A stretch of 54,683 bases of DNA from an uncultured bacterium (GTDB lineage Bacteria > UBP14 > UBA6098 > B30-G16): contig CBEVQY010000018.1 of the NCBI GenBank assembly GCA_965552135.1, forward strand, positions 1 to 54,683, given 5' to 3'. The position numbers and the translations under genes are program-made. Positions 1 to 9,293 of the stretch are shown one piece after another; within the stretch, counting starts at the first letter, position 1, and the number at the start of each line of letters is the position of its first letter. Below the pieces are notes generated by a model, which was not told the origin of the DNA, did no database searches, and saw only the letters and a program-made list of their open reading frames with translations.

Positions 1-2
1 TG

Positions 3-524
3 TGGCTTTGGGCGAAAACCGCCGTCACCCAAAAGCCCTGGTTCGGGTTCAGATTCGCAGTAAAGCTCCCCACGGGAGAGGATGAGCCCCCAGGCGGAGA
101 TATGCCCACAGGCACGGGACAGACCGACTTCGACATGGGGCTGCAGCTTTCGGAGTATCCCGAGAAGATGGGTTTTGTCTGCGACGTCAACGCAAGCTAC
201 AGGATAAGGCTTCCGCGCAAGGTCTTGGGTTTGGACTACGATCCCGGCGACGGCGGTCACCTTGGCGTCTACATAGGCGGCATACCAGTTGAGGGCTTCG
301 GCGTCCTTTTTGGCGTCGACGGCTTCGCATACCGAAACGACAGAATCGAAGGCGAAGAGATAACCAAAAGCTACAGGATATCGTCGATGCTTGGGGCGAA
401 GATGTTCTTCCGCACCAGGTTCGGTCTTAAGCTTGAGGGGATGTTCAAGATAGACGTTGCCGGCAAGGACGTTCCCGCAGGCGTTGGTCTTGCCTTCGAC
501 GCAAGCTACGAGCCGCAGTTTTAA
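3..524 (+). CDS. Outer-membrane beta-barrel protein, MetA-pathway/transporter-like (5' partial)
   Basis: Frame is open from base 3: WLWAK...FRFAVKLPTGEDEP...PTGTGQTDFDMG. Alternating beta-strand pattern and terminal Phe (YEPQF). Confidence 0.6.
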   Translation, partial: WLWAKTAVTQKPWFGFRFAVKLPTGEDEPPGGDMPTGTGQTDFDMGLQLSEYPEKMGFVCDVNASYRIRLPRKVLGLDYDPGDGGHLGVYIGGIPVEGFGVLFGVDGFAYRNDRIEGEEITKSYRISSMLGAKMFFRTRFGLKLEGMFKIDVAGKDVPAGVGLAFDASYEPQF

Positions 525-539
525 CGCGAGGTGTCGTCT

Positions 540-920
540 GTGCACGAGTACTCGATAGCCGCAGGCATTGTGAACGCCGTTCTTCCCGTTGCGCGGGAGC
601 GCGGGATGTCTGTGAGGCGCATTTGGGTTAAGGCTGGCGTGCTTAAGGCGATCGTTCCCGAGGCGCTCGAGTTCTGCTTCGACGCCCTGAAGCGTAGGCA
701 CAGCCTTCTGCGCGGGGCTGAGCTTGTGCTCGAAGTCGTTCCTATTACGGGCAAATGCCGCAGATGCGGCGCAGAAATAGAGCTCAGCCGCGTTTTGGGC
801 GTTTGCCCAAGCTGCGGCAGCACAGACGTCGAGTGGAAAAGCGGTGGCGAACTCTACGTCGAAAAGGTCGAGCTTGCAGCCGAAGAAAACCCGCCATGCG
901 AGGCTTCAGATGAGCGTTGA
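540..920 (+). CDS. hypA: Hydrogenase/urease nickel metallochaperone HypA
   Basis: GTG start at 540 gives the canonical MHEYSIA N-terminus with GAGG upstream. VPEALEFCF, two CxxC zinc motifs (CRRC, CPSC) and SGGELYV. Confidence 0.93.
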   Translation: MHEYSIAAGIVNAVLPVARERGMSVRRIWVKAGVLKAIVPEALEFCFDALKRRHSLLRGAELVLEVVPITGKCRRCGAEIELSRVLGVCPSCGSTDVEWKSGGELYVEKVELAAEENPPCEASDER

Positions 921-933
921 TGGGGGAGGAGAT

Positions 934-2556
934 ATGCCTCAATCGGTGGCAAGGATTCTTGACGTTATATCGCGCCTGAGGAGGGCACGCACCTTCCAGG
1001 AGAAGATGGACCTTATAGCCGAGGGCATAGCCGCGTGCGGCTGGGGCAGGGTCCACCTCTACGTTTTCGATACCGACAGGAAGACGATAAAATCGGCGGC
1101 ATACTGGGGCATCGACGAAGAGGGCAGAAGATACCTCGAGACCCACAGGATGACCCTCGACGAGATAGAGGCGATCCTGAGCAACCCCGCCAGCAAGAAG
1201 TACAGGATCGGTCGCTGCTACTACATTCCCCACGACTGCGAGGAGGGCATCTTTGCGCAAATGCACGGCACGGGTCTTAGGAGCGAGCGCTCGCCCGAAG
1301 AGTACGACGGCTGGCACCCCGACGATATGCTCTTCATCCCCCTCTACGGCTTCGGCGGGAAGGCTGTTGGGATAGTTTCGGTGGACGACCCCGTCGACGG
1401 CAAAAAGCCCACCGAGGAGTCTTTGCGACCCGTGGAGATGTTCGTCGACTACGCAATAGCCTATATAGGCGAAAGCGAGCTTGAGGAGTACCTTTCGAAG
1501 TCGAGGACGATGCTCTCCCAGGTCTTCAACCTCTCGCCCGTGGCAATAGTTGTCTCGGACGAACAGGACAGGATCATCCAGATAAACCCCGCCGCCGAAA
1601 AGATGTTTGGCTGCAAACTCGAGGACCTTTGGGGCAAAGAGACGGCGGTGCTTTTCTCGAACACAACCAACATCCACGACATAATTAAAAAGCGGGGCGA
1701 GGGGATCTTCAAGGGCGAAGTCATGATGCGCCGCAAGGACGGCAAGGAGTTTTGGGCATATGTGGTCGCTGTTCCTGTGATGAACCTGGCAAACGAGGTC
1801 GAGGGGCATCTTCTTATAGCCCTCGATGTGACCGAGATCAAAAACCTCCAGTACTACCTCATCCGCGCGGAGAAGATGGCGGGGATAGGCGTTCTTGCGT
1901 CGGGCATAGCCCACGAGCTCAACAACCCACTCTACGGGATACTCGGTCTTGCCGAGGCGATAGTCGAAGAAGAGGATATGGACCTCATAAAGGAGTACGC
2001 CAACGACATAATTGAGTATGCGCGCGAGGCGGCTGAGATAGTGAAGGACCTTTCGGGCTACACGTACACGTCGCGGATGGAGACCGCCTCGACAGTCGAC
2101 GTGAACGCGACGATCCAAAACGCTGTGAAGATGATAAAGCGGCTCGGCAAGCTCGATAACATCGAGGTTGTGGAGGACTACGGCGACATTCCCGAGATAA
2201 ACGCCAGCAGCGGCGAGCTGCAACAGGTTTTCGTCAACCTCATAACCAACGCCGTCGACTCTATGCCAAACGGGGGGAAGCTTTTCATCTCCACCCGCCG
2301 CGTCGGCGACTTCGTCGAGGCAAGGGTTAGAGACACTGGAACAGGCATCCGCCCAGAGCATCGTCCCCACATCTTCGAGCCATTCTTCACAACCAAGCAG
2401 GTCGGCGAGGGAACGGGGCTTGGGCTTTACATCTGCTACCGCATCGTGAACAAATACAAAGGAACTATAGACTTCGAGACCGAAGAGGGTAAGGGGACAA
2501 CCTTCATAGTCCGCTTTCCCGTAAATCCCGATGCAGGGCTTCAGCGTCATGGTTGA
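934..2556 (+). CDS. Cytoplasmic GAF-like/PAS sensor histidine kinase
   Basis: GGAGGAG RBS before ATG 934. PAS (QINPAAEKMFG...RRKDGKEFW), H-box AHELNNPL, N-box NLITNA, G boxes DTGTGI and GTGLGL, F-box FEPFFTTK. No TM helix seen. Confidence 0.93.
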   Translation: MPQSVARILDVISRLRRARTFQEKMDLIAEGIAACGWGRVHLYVFDTDRKTIKSAAYWGIDEEGRRYLETHRMTLDEIEAILSNPASKKYRIGRCYYIPHDCEEGIFAQMHGTGLRSERSPEEYDGWHPDDMLFIPLYGFGGKAVGIVSVDDPVDGKKPTEESLRPVEMFVDYAIAYIGESELEEYLSKSRTMLSQVFNLSPVAIVVSDEQDRIIQINPAAEKMFGCKLEDLWGKETAVLFSNTTNIHDIIKKRGEGIFKGEVMMRRKDGKEFWAYVVAVPVMNLANEVEGHLLIALDVTEIKNLQYYLIRAEKMAGIGVLASGIAHELNNPLYGILGLAEAIVEEEDMDLIKEYANDIIEYAREAAEIVKDLSGYTYTSRMETASTVDVNATIQNAVKMIKRLGKLDNIEVVEDYGDIPEINASSGELQQVFVNLITNAVDSMPNGGKLFISTRRVGDFVEARVRDTGTGIRPEHRPHIFEPFFTTKQVGEGTGLGLYICYRIVNKYKGTIDFETEEGKGTTFIVRFPVNPDAGLQRHG

Positions 2557-3637
2557 TGACGTGGCTAAAGCAGCGACCGACGTTGGTGGTGCGACCATAA
2601 TGGTCGTCGACGATGAGGAGCGCGTTCGCCGCGTGATGAAGATCCAGCTCGAGCGGGCGGGATACAACGTCATAACGGTTGGCGACGGAAGGCAGGCGAT
2701 GGAGCTTTTGGGTCAGGTCGATGTCGACGTCGTCATAACCGACATCCGTATGCCCCGCGTCACGGGCGACCAGATCCTGCGGTACGTGAAAACCCACGCC
2801 CCAACGGTGCCCGTGATAATGCTTACCGGCGTCGTCGACGTCGAGACTGCGGTGAGCATAATGCGCTCGGGCGCATACGACTACCTCGTTAAGCCCGTAA
2901 AGCGCGACGACCTTTTGGTCACCATCCACAGGGCGCTTCAGTACAGGAACATCGTCATTCGCAACATCCAGCTTCAGGAGGAGAACATCCGCTACCAGAG
3001 GGAGCTTGAGCAGAAGGTTCGCGAGCGCACCCGCGAGCTTGCCAGGGCTCTTGCGCACCTGCGCGAAGTCCATATGGATACGGTTCGCGTTCTGGCAAGC
3101 GCAATCGAGGAAAAAGACCCCTACATGCGCGGTCACTCCAACAGGGTCAGGATCCTTTCCGCCGAGATGGCTCGAAAGCTCGGGTACAAGGAGATGGAGA
3201 TAGAGAGGATAGAGTACGGCGCGCTTCTGCACGATATAGGCAAGATAGCCATCGACCAGCGCATCCTCGACAAGCCCGGCCCCCTCACCGACGAGGAGCG
3301 GAGGATAATTCAGGAACATCCGATAATAGGCGAGCGGATCATAAGCAAGGTGAGCTTTTTCGCCGACATAGCGCCTATGGTTCGCTGGCACCACGAGCGC
3401 TGGGACGGACTCGGATACCCGGACGGCATAAAGGGCGAAAACATCCCTCTTCCCGTGCGGATACTAAGCATTGTCGACGCTTTCGACGCCATGAGCAGCG
3501 ACCGACCGTACAGAAAAGCTTTGCCCCTCGAGAAAGTTTTGGATATCCTTAAAAGCGAGCGCGGAAAGCAGTTCGCACCCGACATGGTCGACCTCTTCCT
3601 CGAGGAGGAGATATATAAAACCCCCATCGTCGACTGA
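2549..3637 (+). CDS. Response regulator with HD-GYP phosphodiesterase domain
   Basis: REC domain (VVDDE, TDIRMP, YLVKP), coiled coil, HDIGK and HHERWDGLGYPDG. Overlaps the kinase stop. Confidence 0.93.
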   Translation: MVDDVAKAATDVGGATIMVVDDEERVRRVMKIQLERAGYNVITVGDGRQAMELLGQVDVDVVITDIRMPRVTGDQILRYVKTHAPTVPVIMLTGVVDVETAVSIMRSGAYDYLVKPVKRDDLLVTIHRALQYRNIVIRNIQLQEENIRYQRELEQKVRERTRELARALAHLREVHMDTVRVLASAIEEKDPYMRGHSNRVRILSAEMARKLGYKEMEIERIEYGALLHDIGKIAIDQRILDKPGPLTDEERRIIQEHPIIGERIISKVSFFADIAPMVRWHHERWDGLGYPDGIKGENIPLPVRILSIVDAFDAMSSDRPYRKALPLEKVLDILKSERGKQFAPDMVDLFLEEEIYKTPIVD

Positions 3638-3638
3638 G

Positions 3639-4370
3639 ATGACAGCCGACGCGTGCGACATGCGCTGCAGGGTGAAGCTCGAAAACTTCGAGGGTCCGCT
3701 CGACCTGCTCCTCTACCTCATAAGAAAGGACGAAATCGATATATACGACATCCCCATCGCCTACGTGACGAAGCAGTACATAGCCTATCTTGACCTTATG
3801 CGCGAGCTCGACCTCGAGGTTGCGGGTGAGTATCTTTATATAGCTTCGGTTTTGCTCAATATAAAGTCGCGCATGCTTCTTCCGCGCCCTGCCGATGCCG
3901 CGTGCGAGGCGGTCGAGGACCCGAGGGAGGAGCTCACCGCTCTGCTGCTTGAGTACCAGCAGTTTAGGAACCTCGGCGAGTACCTGAGGTTGAGGTACGA
4001 TAAGGAGAAGCTTCGCTATCCGCTTAGTCGTGCGGGTTTGCCGCCGTCGTCGTGTTCGGTTGTGAGTATGCCGTTTGATTTTTTTGAGCTTATGCGCGTT
4101 GGCTGGGAGTTGCTCAAGCGCGCTGGGCGCACCGTCGAGCCGCCGCCGCGGGAGGAGGTCGACATAGCCGAGAGGATGGAGTTCATCCAACGCCGCCTCG
4201 AGGCGCTCGGAAGAATGAACTTCCTCGAGCTCTTCGAGCGCGAAAAGGTAAGCAGCCTCCTCTTCGTCGGAACCTTTTTCGCCCTGCTTGAGCTCGTAAG
4301 GCAGCGGCAGGTTCTGGTTAGGCAGCGAAAGCCCTTCGGGAACATCTGGGTCTATCGGCGCAGGGGGTGA
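3639..4370 (+). CDS. scpA: Segregation and condensation protein A
   Basis: FEGPLDLLLYLI, IKSRMLLP, TFFALLELV...RQRKPFGNI. Alternative ATG at 3660. Confidence 0.95.
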   Translation: MTADACDMRCRVKLENFEGPLDLLLYLIRKDEIDIYDIPIAYVTKQYIAYLDLMRELDLEVAGEYLYIASVLLNIKSRMLLPRPADAACEAVEDPREELTALLLEYQQFRNLGEYLRLRYDKEKLRYPLSRAGLPPSSCSVVSMPFDFFELMRVGWELLKRAGRTVEPPPREEVDIAERMEFIQRRLEALGRMNFLELFEREKVSSLLFVGTFFALLELVRQRQVLVRQRKPFGNIWVYRRRG

Positions 4371-4374
4371 GGCT

Positions 4375-4923
4375 TTGTCGCGCAGCGCCCAGATAAGCAG
4401 CGAAAGGATAGTCGAGGCTTTGATATTCGCCTCGCCCGAGCCGGTTCCGCCGTCTAAGCTTGCAAAGATAGCGTCGCTGCCCCAAAGCGATGTCCCGAAG
4501 GTTGTGGAGAGACTCAACGCCGAGTACGACCGCACGGGGAGACCGTTTGAGGTCAGGCTTGTTGGCGGCGGGTATGCGCTCTACCTTAAACCGGAGTTCT
4601 CCCCGTGGGTGGACGAGCTTGTCGGCAGGCACAGGCGGCTTCACCTCACGCGGTCGATGTTCGAGGTCCTCGCCATCGTTGCGATAAAGCAGCCCGTCAC
4701 AAAGCCCGTGATCGACAAGATAAGGGGTGTCAACTCCGCGGCGCCCATATTTCAGCTTCTGAAGCAGGGGCTTATAACGATAAAGGGGCGCGAGCGGAGC
4801 CCCGGAAGACCGTTCCTTTACGCGACGACGAACAAGTTCCTCAGGGTCTTCGGGCTCGATTCGATCGAAAGCATCCCCTCCTTCGAGGAGCTGCAGAGGA
4901 TGTTCGGCGAGGTTTCGGGGTAG
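4375..4923 (+). CDS. scpB: Segregation and condensation protein B
   Basis: VEALIFASPEP, EVLAIVAIKQPVTK..IDKIRGVNS, PGRPFLYATT.KFL..FGL. Directly after scpA; TTG start. Confidence 0.95.
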   Translation: MSRSAQISSERIVEALIFASPEPVPPSKLAKIASLPQSDVPKVVERLNAEYDRTGRPFEVRLVGGGYALYLKPEFSPWVDELVGRHRRLHLTRSMFEVLAIVAIKQPVTKPVIDKIRGVNSAAPIFQLLKQGLITIKGRERSPGRPFLYATTNKFLRVFGLDSIESIPSFEELQRMFGEVSG

Positions 4924-4936
4924 CTCTCGGCGCGTA

Positions 4937-7879
4937 TCAGAAGAGGAGTCTTACCCTTGCCTCCGCCGACTGTTCCACGGTGCCGCCCCTGCTTTCGCCG
5001 CGATATATGCCCGAAAGCTCCGTCTTGACGCCAGCCCTGTACGACACGCTCAGCTCCCACCGGTAGTTCTCGCCCGCAAGCCATCCGCCCAAAAGCTCGT
5101 AGGGCATCGTCTCCGCAGGCTGCGTTATCGACGCCCATTCAAGCTGCGCCTTCAGCCTGAACTTGCCCAAAAGCGCCGTGGAGTATATCGCTGCGCTTTT
5201 CTGCTGTGCCTTTGCGCTGGGCGTTGCCGCGCGGTCGACGATGGAGCAGATCCCTCCTTGCGCAGTCAGGTGCAACGCCCGCAGGACCCTCCGCGTGAGG
5301 CTCACGTTCGCCGAAAGGCGTTCCCCGTCGACCCAGCTTTCGCGGGTGGGCTTAAGTGACTTCGTTCGCTCGTCGGAGAGCTCAAGCTCCGCGGAGATAT
5401 CCCACAAAAGCTCGGACGATACAGTGAGCGTGTGTCTGACCCTTCCGTATAGCTCAGCACCCGACGCGTAGTTCCGATATGCGCTCCGCGTAAAGAGGCT
5501 CGTCCACTGGAGGTTTGTCGGCAGGCTCCTTAGCAGGTTCAGCCTTAGGGTGGCGTCGAACTTGCCGATTGTGAGGGAGTCGTCGCTGAATATCTGCGAT
5601 GGCAAAAGCAGGTATGCGCTTGCGCCTTCGCGCTTGTTCTCGGAGGTGAAAGTTGCGTCGAACGATGCATTGGCGCCGTAGGGAACGAAGGCAAGCGGCG
5701 CAGAAACGCTTATCGACCCCTCGCTTCGCAGAACGGGGCTGAACTCGCCGGTGGGCTTATACTCTACCGTGTAGTCGCCCTCGTCGTCGGGAACGTACTC
5801 CTCAAGCTCCTCGTCCCAGGTGTAGCTCCCCTCTCCCTCGCCGACGTATGTGTAAACCTTGTTTAGGATTTCGCTTTGACTTCGCGAAAGCTGATAGGAT
5901 GCGCTTATGCGGCTTCTGCCCATCTTTCTGGCTGCGCGCAGCGTGATAAGATCACTTATCTGGTCGTCGCCTGCGGCAGCGTCGGAGGAGATGTAGACCC
6001 TGCGTGTGTAGTCGGCGTGGAACCCCTCCGTGCTTGCGCAGCCGCCAAGCTCAACGACCCTGTAGAAGTCGCCCCACGCCCTTTGGCGCCTTATGAGCTT
6101 TCGCTCAAACCCACACTTTGCCGCAAGGCTCCAGCCTCCGAGGCTCAGGCTGACTTTGGGCTTCGCCTCGACGAGAGCTGTGTCGCCGCCCGCCGCCGCG
6201 GAAAGCTCGTACAAGAGATCTCCTTCCAGAGATAGCTTTTGCGCTGGGCTGAGCTTTGCCGATGCCTCCGCCGTTGTGCGCCGAAGGCTTTCGCCGCGGG
6301 CTGAGGAAAGCAAAAGCTTCCCCTCCCAGCTTTGCGCCATATGCCCGAGGTTCAGGTTGCAGCGCTGGGCTGTTTCATCCCCCACCCTGCGGGCGCCGAC
6401 GCGCAGCGCAGCGAAGTCCTTCCCGCCGCCTACAGAGATTCCAGCTTCGGCGATGTCGTCGTCGGCGCCCTCTTTGGGCGAAAGCGCCCACCCGCGGTCG
6501 AAGTCGGCGGGATCGACCCGACCAAGTGTAGAGAACCTGCCCGAGATGTGACGCCCCAGGCAGAAAAGCTTTGCCCCCCCAAGGACAAAAAGCGTCCCGG
6601 ATACGGTGGCTGCGTCGCCGAAGTTGTCGCCGTCGTCGATGGTGGAGAAGAGGTTTTCGTCGTTGTTCGAGAACGCGTATTCGAGCGCCAAGACAGCGGC
6701 GCCCCTCCTGAGGCGTGCGGATATATCGGCGATCTCAAGCGCCTGAGGGGCAGATAGCGTGTCGGGGACTGAGTCGCCAACGCCGCTTAGAAACGCTATG
6801 GTCGAGTCGGATATGGCGCCGCTTGGGTTTTCTTCGTCATCCCTCTGCGACGCCGCGCCAAGCGATATCTCAAACCCGTCGGCGGCGTCGAAGGTGATAA
6901 ACCCGCCGAAGAGGGCGCGGGGATAGTCCTCGGTGATGTACTGGAAGTCGACGACCACTCTGTCGCCCTCCGAGAGCGGGCGGTTGTTGGTGAAGGTTAT
7001 CTGAGCCAGGTTGTAGTCGATGACGTAGTCGTTGTTTTCGCCCCTTGTCATTGGCTCGCCGTTGAGCCAGACGCGCTCGGTTCCGGCGACCACCACTATG
7101 TCCCTCTCGCCGCCTTCGCCCCAAAGCGGATACGGTCCCTGATTCCCCTCGCTTGCCACGAACTCCACCGAGAAGAATTTGCCCCGCAGCATCGCGCCGA
7201 AGGCTTTTGCGCTAAAGCGCTCGTAGTCCGCGTTTGCGGACATCCCCTGTATCCGCCGCGAGACGGAAAGAAACGCTCCGCTCGACGCCCGGACATCGAC
7301 GTCGCCGAAGGACGCGCTTATGTGTCGGGAATGCGCTCGTATGAGGACCTTGTCGAGCTCCGAAAGCTCCAGCGACCGCCCCTCAGGCTGGATCGGCGAG
7401 CCTTCGTCGGTCAGGAGCGCAGTGATGTGAACGCCGCCCGAAAGCTCGCCGTCAGCCTCGAAGTGGAGCGAGCTTGTGGACGAAACGCCGCCGCTGGATA
7501 TCCTTATCCCCCTAAGCAGGCTGCCCGACGTTCTGAACGTTGCGGTTGGGGTTTGGGCAGCTGCTTCGGCTGCGCGACGGCGAACATCCACCGTCTGCAC
7601 GCCCCAAAGGAGCCTGTGGCGCGTCCTTGCGGGGAGGACATCCGCCACCGACGCGAAGTGAACATCTATCGTATCGCACGGCGGCAAAGCTTGGAACACT
7701 ATGGTTCCGGCGGGGGAGACTTCGAAAAGCTCCTTTGGGATCGTGTCGTCGTCGCATGTGATCACGACCGACGGCGGCACAAGCGCCACCCCGACGTACA
7801 CCGTTTCGGCTGCCGCTGTGCGCACCTCCACAGCCGCCGCCGGCAACGATAAAAACGCTATCGCCGCAAAAAGCCACAC
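4937..7879 (-). CDS. Large outer-membrane beta-barrel protein with SprA-like motif
   Basis: Probable GTG start at 7879 with GGAGG RBS and signal peptide. Motif GNQGPYPL...VVAGTERVWLNG..MTRG..NDYVIDYN.AQITF, many amphipathic strands, terminal Phe. Confidence 0.6.
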   Translation of the reverse strand: MWLFAAIAFLSLPAAAVEVRTAAAETVYVGVALVPPSVVITCDDDTIPKELFEVSPAGTIVFQALPPCDTIDVHFASVADVLPARTRHRLLWGVQTVDVRRRAAEAAAQTPTATFRTSGSLLRGIRISSGGVSSTSSLHFEADGELSGGVHITALLTDEGSPIQPEGRSLELSELDKVLIRAHSRHISASFGDVDVRASSGAFLSVSRRIQGMSANADYERFSAKAFGAMLRGKFFSVEFVASEGNQGPYPLWGEGGERDIVVVAGTERVWLNGEPMTRGENNDYVIDYNLAQITFTNNRPLSEGDRVVVDFQYITEDYPRALFGGFITFDAADGFEISLGAASQRDDEENPSGAISDSTIAFLSGVGDSVPDTLSAPQALEIADISARLRRGAAVLALEYAFSNNDENLFSTIDDGDNFGDAATVSGTLFVLGGAKLFCLGRHISGRFSTLGRVDPADFDRGWALSPKEGADDDIAEAGISVGGGKDFAALRVGARRVGDETAQRCNLNLGHMAQSWEGKLLLSSARGESLRRTTAEASAKLSPAQKLSLEGDLLYELSAAAGGDTALVEAKPKVSLSLGGWSLAAKCGFERKLIRRQRAWGDFYRVVELGGCASTEGFHADYTRRVYISSDAAAGDDQISDLITLRAARKMGRSRISASYQLSRSQSEILNKVYTYVGEGEGSYTWDEELEEYVPDDEGDYTVEYKPTGEFSPVLRSEGSISVSAPLAFVPYGANASFDATFTSENKREGASAYLLLPSQIFSDDSLTIGKFDATLRLNLLRSLPTNLQWTSLFTRSAYRNYASGAELYGRVRHTLTVSSELLWDISAELELSDERTKSLKPTRESWVDGERLSANVSLTRRVLRALHLTAQGGICSIVDRAATPSAKAQQKSAAIYSTALLGKFRLKAQLEWASITQPAETMPYELLGGWLAGENYRWELSVSYRAGVKTELSGIYRGESRGGTVEQSAEARVRLLF

Positions 7880-7917
7880 AGATAAGATACCTCCGAGCCG
7901 CCCCGGGTCAACGAAGT

Positions 7918-7952
7918 AAAAGGGCGCCGGTCCACAGGAGCCGGCGCCCCCT
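7918..7952 (-). terminator. Probable intrinsic terminator after the kamA-like gene
   Basis: Minus strand GGGCGCCGG-loop-CCGGCGCCC followed by TTTT, about 20 nt past the kamA-like stop. Confidence 0.55.
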
Positions 7953-7973
7953 CTCGTTCGGGTCGTGCCTCGC

Positions 7974-9089
7974 CTACCTAAGCTGCGCCCTGTACTCCAC
8001 GTGAAGCGGCTCGCCGAGGTCATCGAGCCAGTACGCGTCGGGCTTCGCCTCGTATACCATGATCTTGCCCTCGTCGGCGCGGTTGGCGGCTCGGTGATAG
8101 CGCAAAACGAGCTTGTTGTCGAAAAGCGCCATAATCTCTATCTTCCCCGTCGCGTGCGACATCACATAGCGCGCCCTCTTGGCAAGACCTGAGATGTTCG
8201 CTATCGCCTCCTGGAAGATCTTGTACGCCTCGACTATAGGCACGGCGAAGGGTTTGTTGCCGATCGTCGGTCGAACCTGGAAGACGTAGTAGGGCGGGTC
8301 ACCGACGAAGGAAAGCCTCCTCAAAAGCTCCTCGAGGACATCGGGGTCGTCGTTTATGCCGCGCATAAGGGGGGTTTGGTTCGAAAGAACAGCTCCAGCC
8401 TCCCTAAGCTTCTTCAAAGCCTCTATGGCAACAGGCGTAAGCTCGCGAGGATGATTGAACTGCGTGATTATATAAATCCTGCGATCAGGATAGGAATACA
8501 TCCTTATCATGTCGAGGAGAGCGGGGTCGTCGAGGATGCGATACGGGTTGGATGCCGGTATCTTGCTGCCTATCCTTATTATCTTCACGTGGTCTATCTT
8601 GCGGAGCTCCGAGATTATATTAAGGAGTTTCTGCGTCGAAAGTATAAGTGGGTCGCCTCCGGTGAGGAGAACGTTGGTGATCTCGGAGTGCTCTTTTATG
8701 TATTCGATGTTTTTGCTTATATCGGGCGTGAGCGTTTCGACGTTATCTTTGAAAAAGAGCCTTTTCCGGAAGCAGAACCTGCAGAACGTTCCGCACACGT
8801 TTGTGGCGAGGAAGAGCGCGGTATCGGGGTATTTGTGCTGCAACCCCCTCATTTTGGTGTACAGCGCCTCTTTCGATGCGTCTATGCTGCCCCAGGGCTC
8901 AAGCTCGTCGAGGCTCGGAACGGCTATGCGGCGAATGGGGTCGTTGGGATCGTCCCAATTTATGAGGGACAAGTAGTAGTCGTTCGTCCTGAAGCGAAAC
9001 TCCTTCTCCACGGGGGCAAGCCGTTCCTTCTCCTCGTCGGAGAGGTAGGGAACCTGCTCCAACCGAGAATAATAACGAACGCGCATCAT
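7974..9089 (-). CDS. KamA-family radical SAM protein (lysine 2,3-aminomutase-like)
   Basis: GLQHKYP, CGTFCRFCFRK (CxxxCxxC), LLTGGDPL, QFNHPRE, NQTPLMRGIND, PYYVFQ, HATGK. GGAGG RBS. Confidence 0.9.
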   Translation of the reverse strand: MMRVRYYSRLEQVPYLSDEEKERLAPVEKEFRFRTNDYYLSLINWDDPNDPIRRIAVPSLDELEPWGSIDASKEALYTKMRGLQHKYPDTALFLATNVCGTFCRFCFRKRLFFKDNVETLTPDISKNIEYIKEHSEITNVLLTGGDPLILSTQKLLNIISELRKIDHVKIIRIGSKIPASNPYRILDDPALLDMIRMYSYPDRRIYIITQFNHPRELTPVAIEALKKLREAGAVLSNQTPLMRGINDDPDVLEELLRRLSFVGDPPYYVFQVRPTIGNKPFAVPIVEAYKIFQEAIANISGLAKRARYVMSHATGKIEIMALFDNKLVLRYHRAANRADEGKIMVYEAKPDAYWLDDLGEPLHVEYRAQLR

Positions 9090-9235
9090 CCACCTCCTTC
9101 GCTTAAAGCCCACCCCAGCTCCTGTGGCTGGTTACGAAAGCGGCAAGAGACGAAAAAAGACGGGCCGCAAACAATTTTATAATGCACCACAAGTTCGGCT
9201 GTGTCAAGGGATATTTCCCCACGCGGCGCTTTCGC

Positions 9236-9264
9236 TTGACCCGCGGGGAGGGCGGAAGTAATTT
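9236..9264 (+). promoter_or_regulatory. Putative sigma70 promoter of the pmbA-like gene
   Basis: TTGACC-17 nt-TAATTT. A divergent TTGACA (minus strand, 9202-9207) faces the kamA-like gene. Confidence 0.45.
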
Positions 9265-9293
9265 TTAAGGCTGTCACGAAAAGGGGGAGCGAC

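Noticed and set aside
784..3394. Long antisense ORFs (629 aa and 296 aa), and similar ones elsewhere such as 45983-47305, 41068-42342 and 52256-53293
   Set aside because: They shadow well-supported genes on the opposite strand, have no recognisable motifs, and are expected in GC-rich coding DNA.
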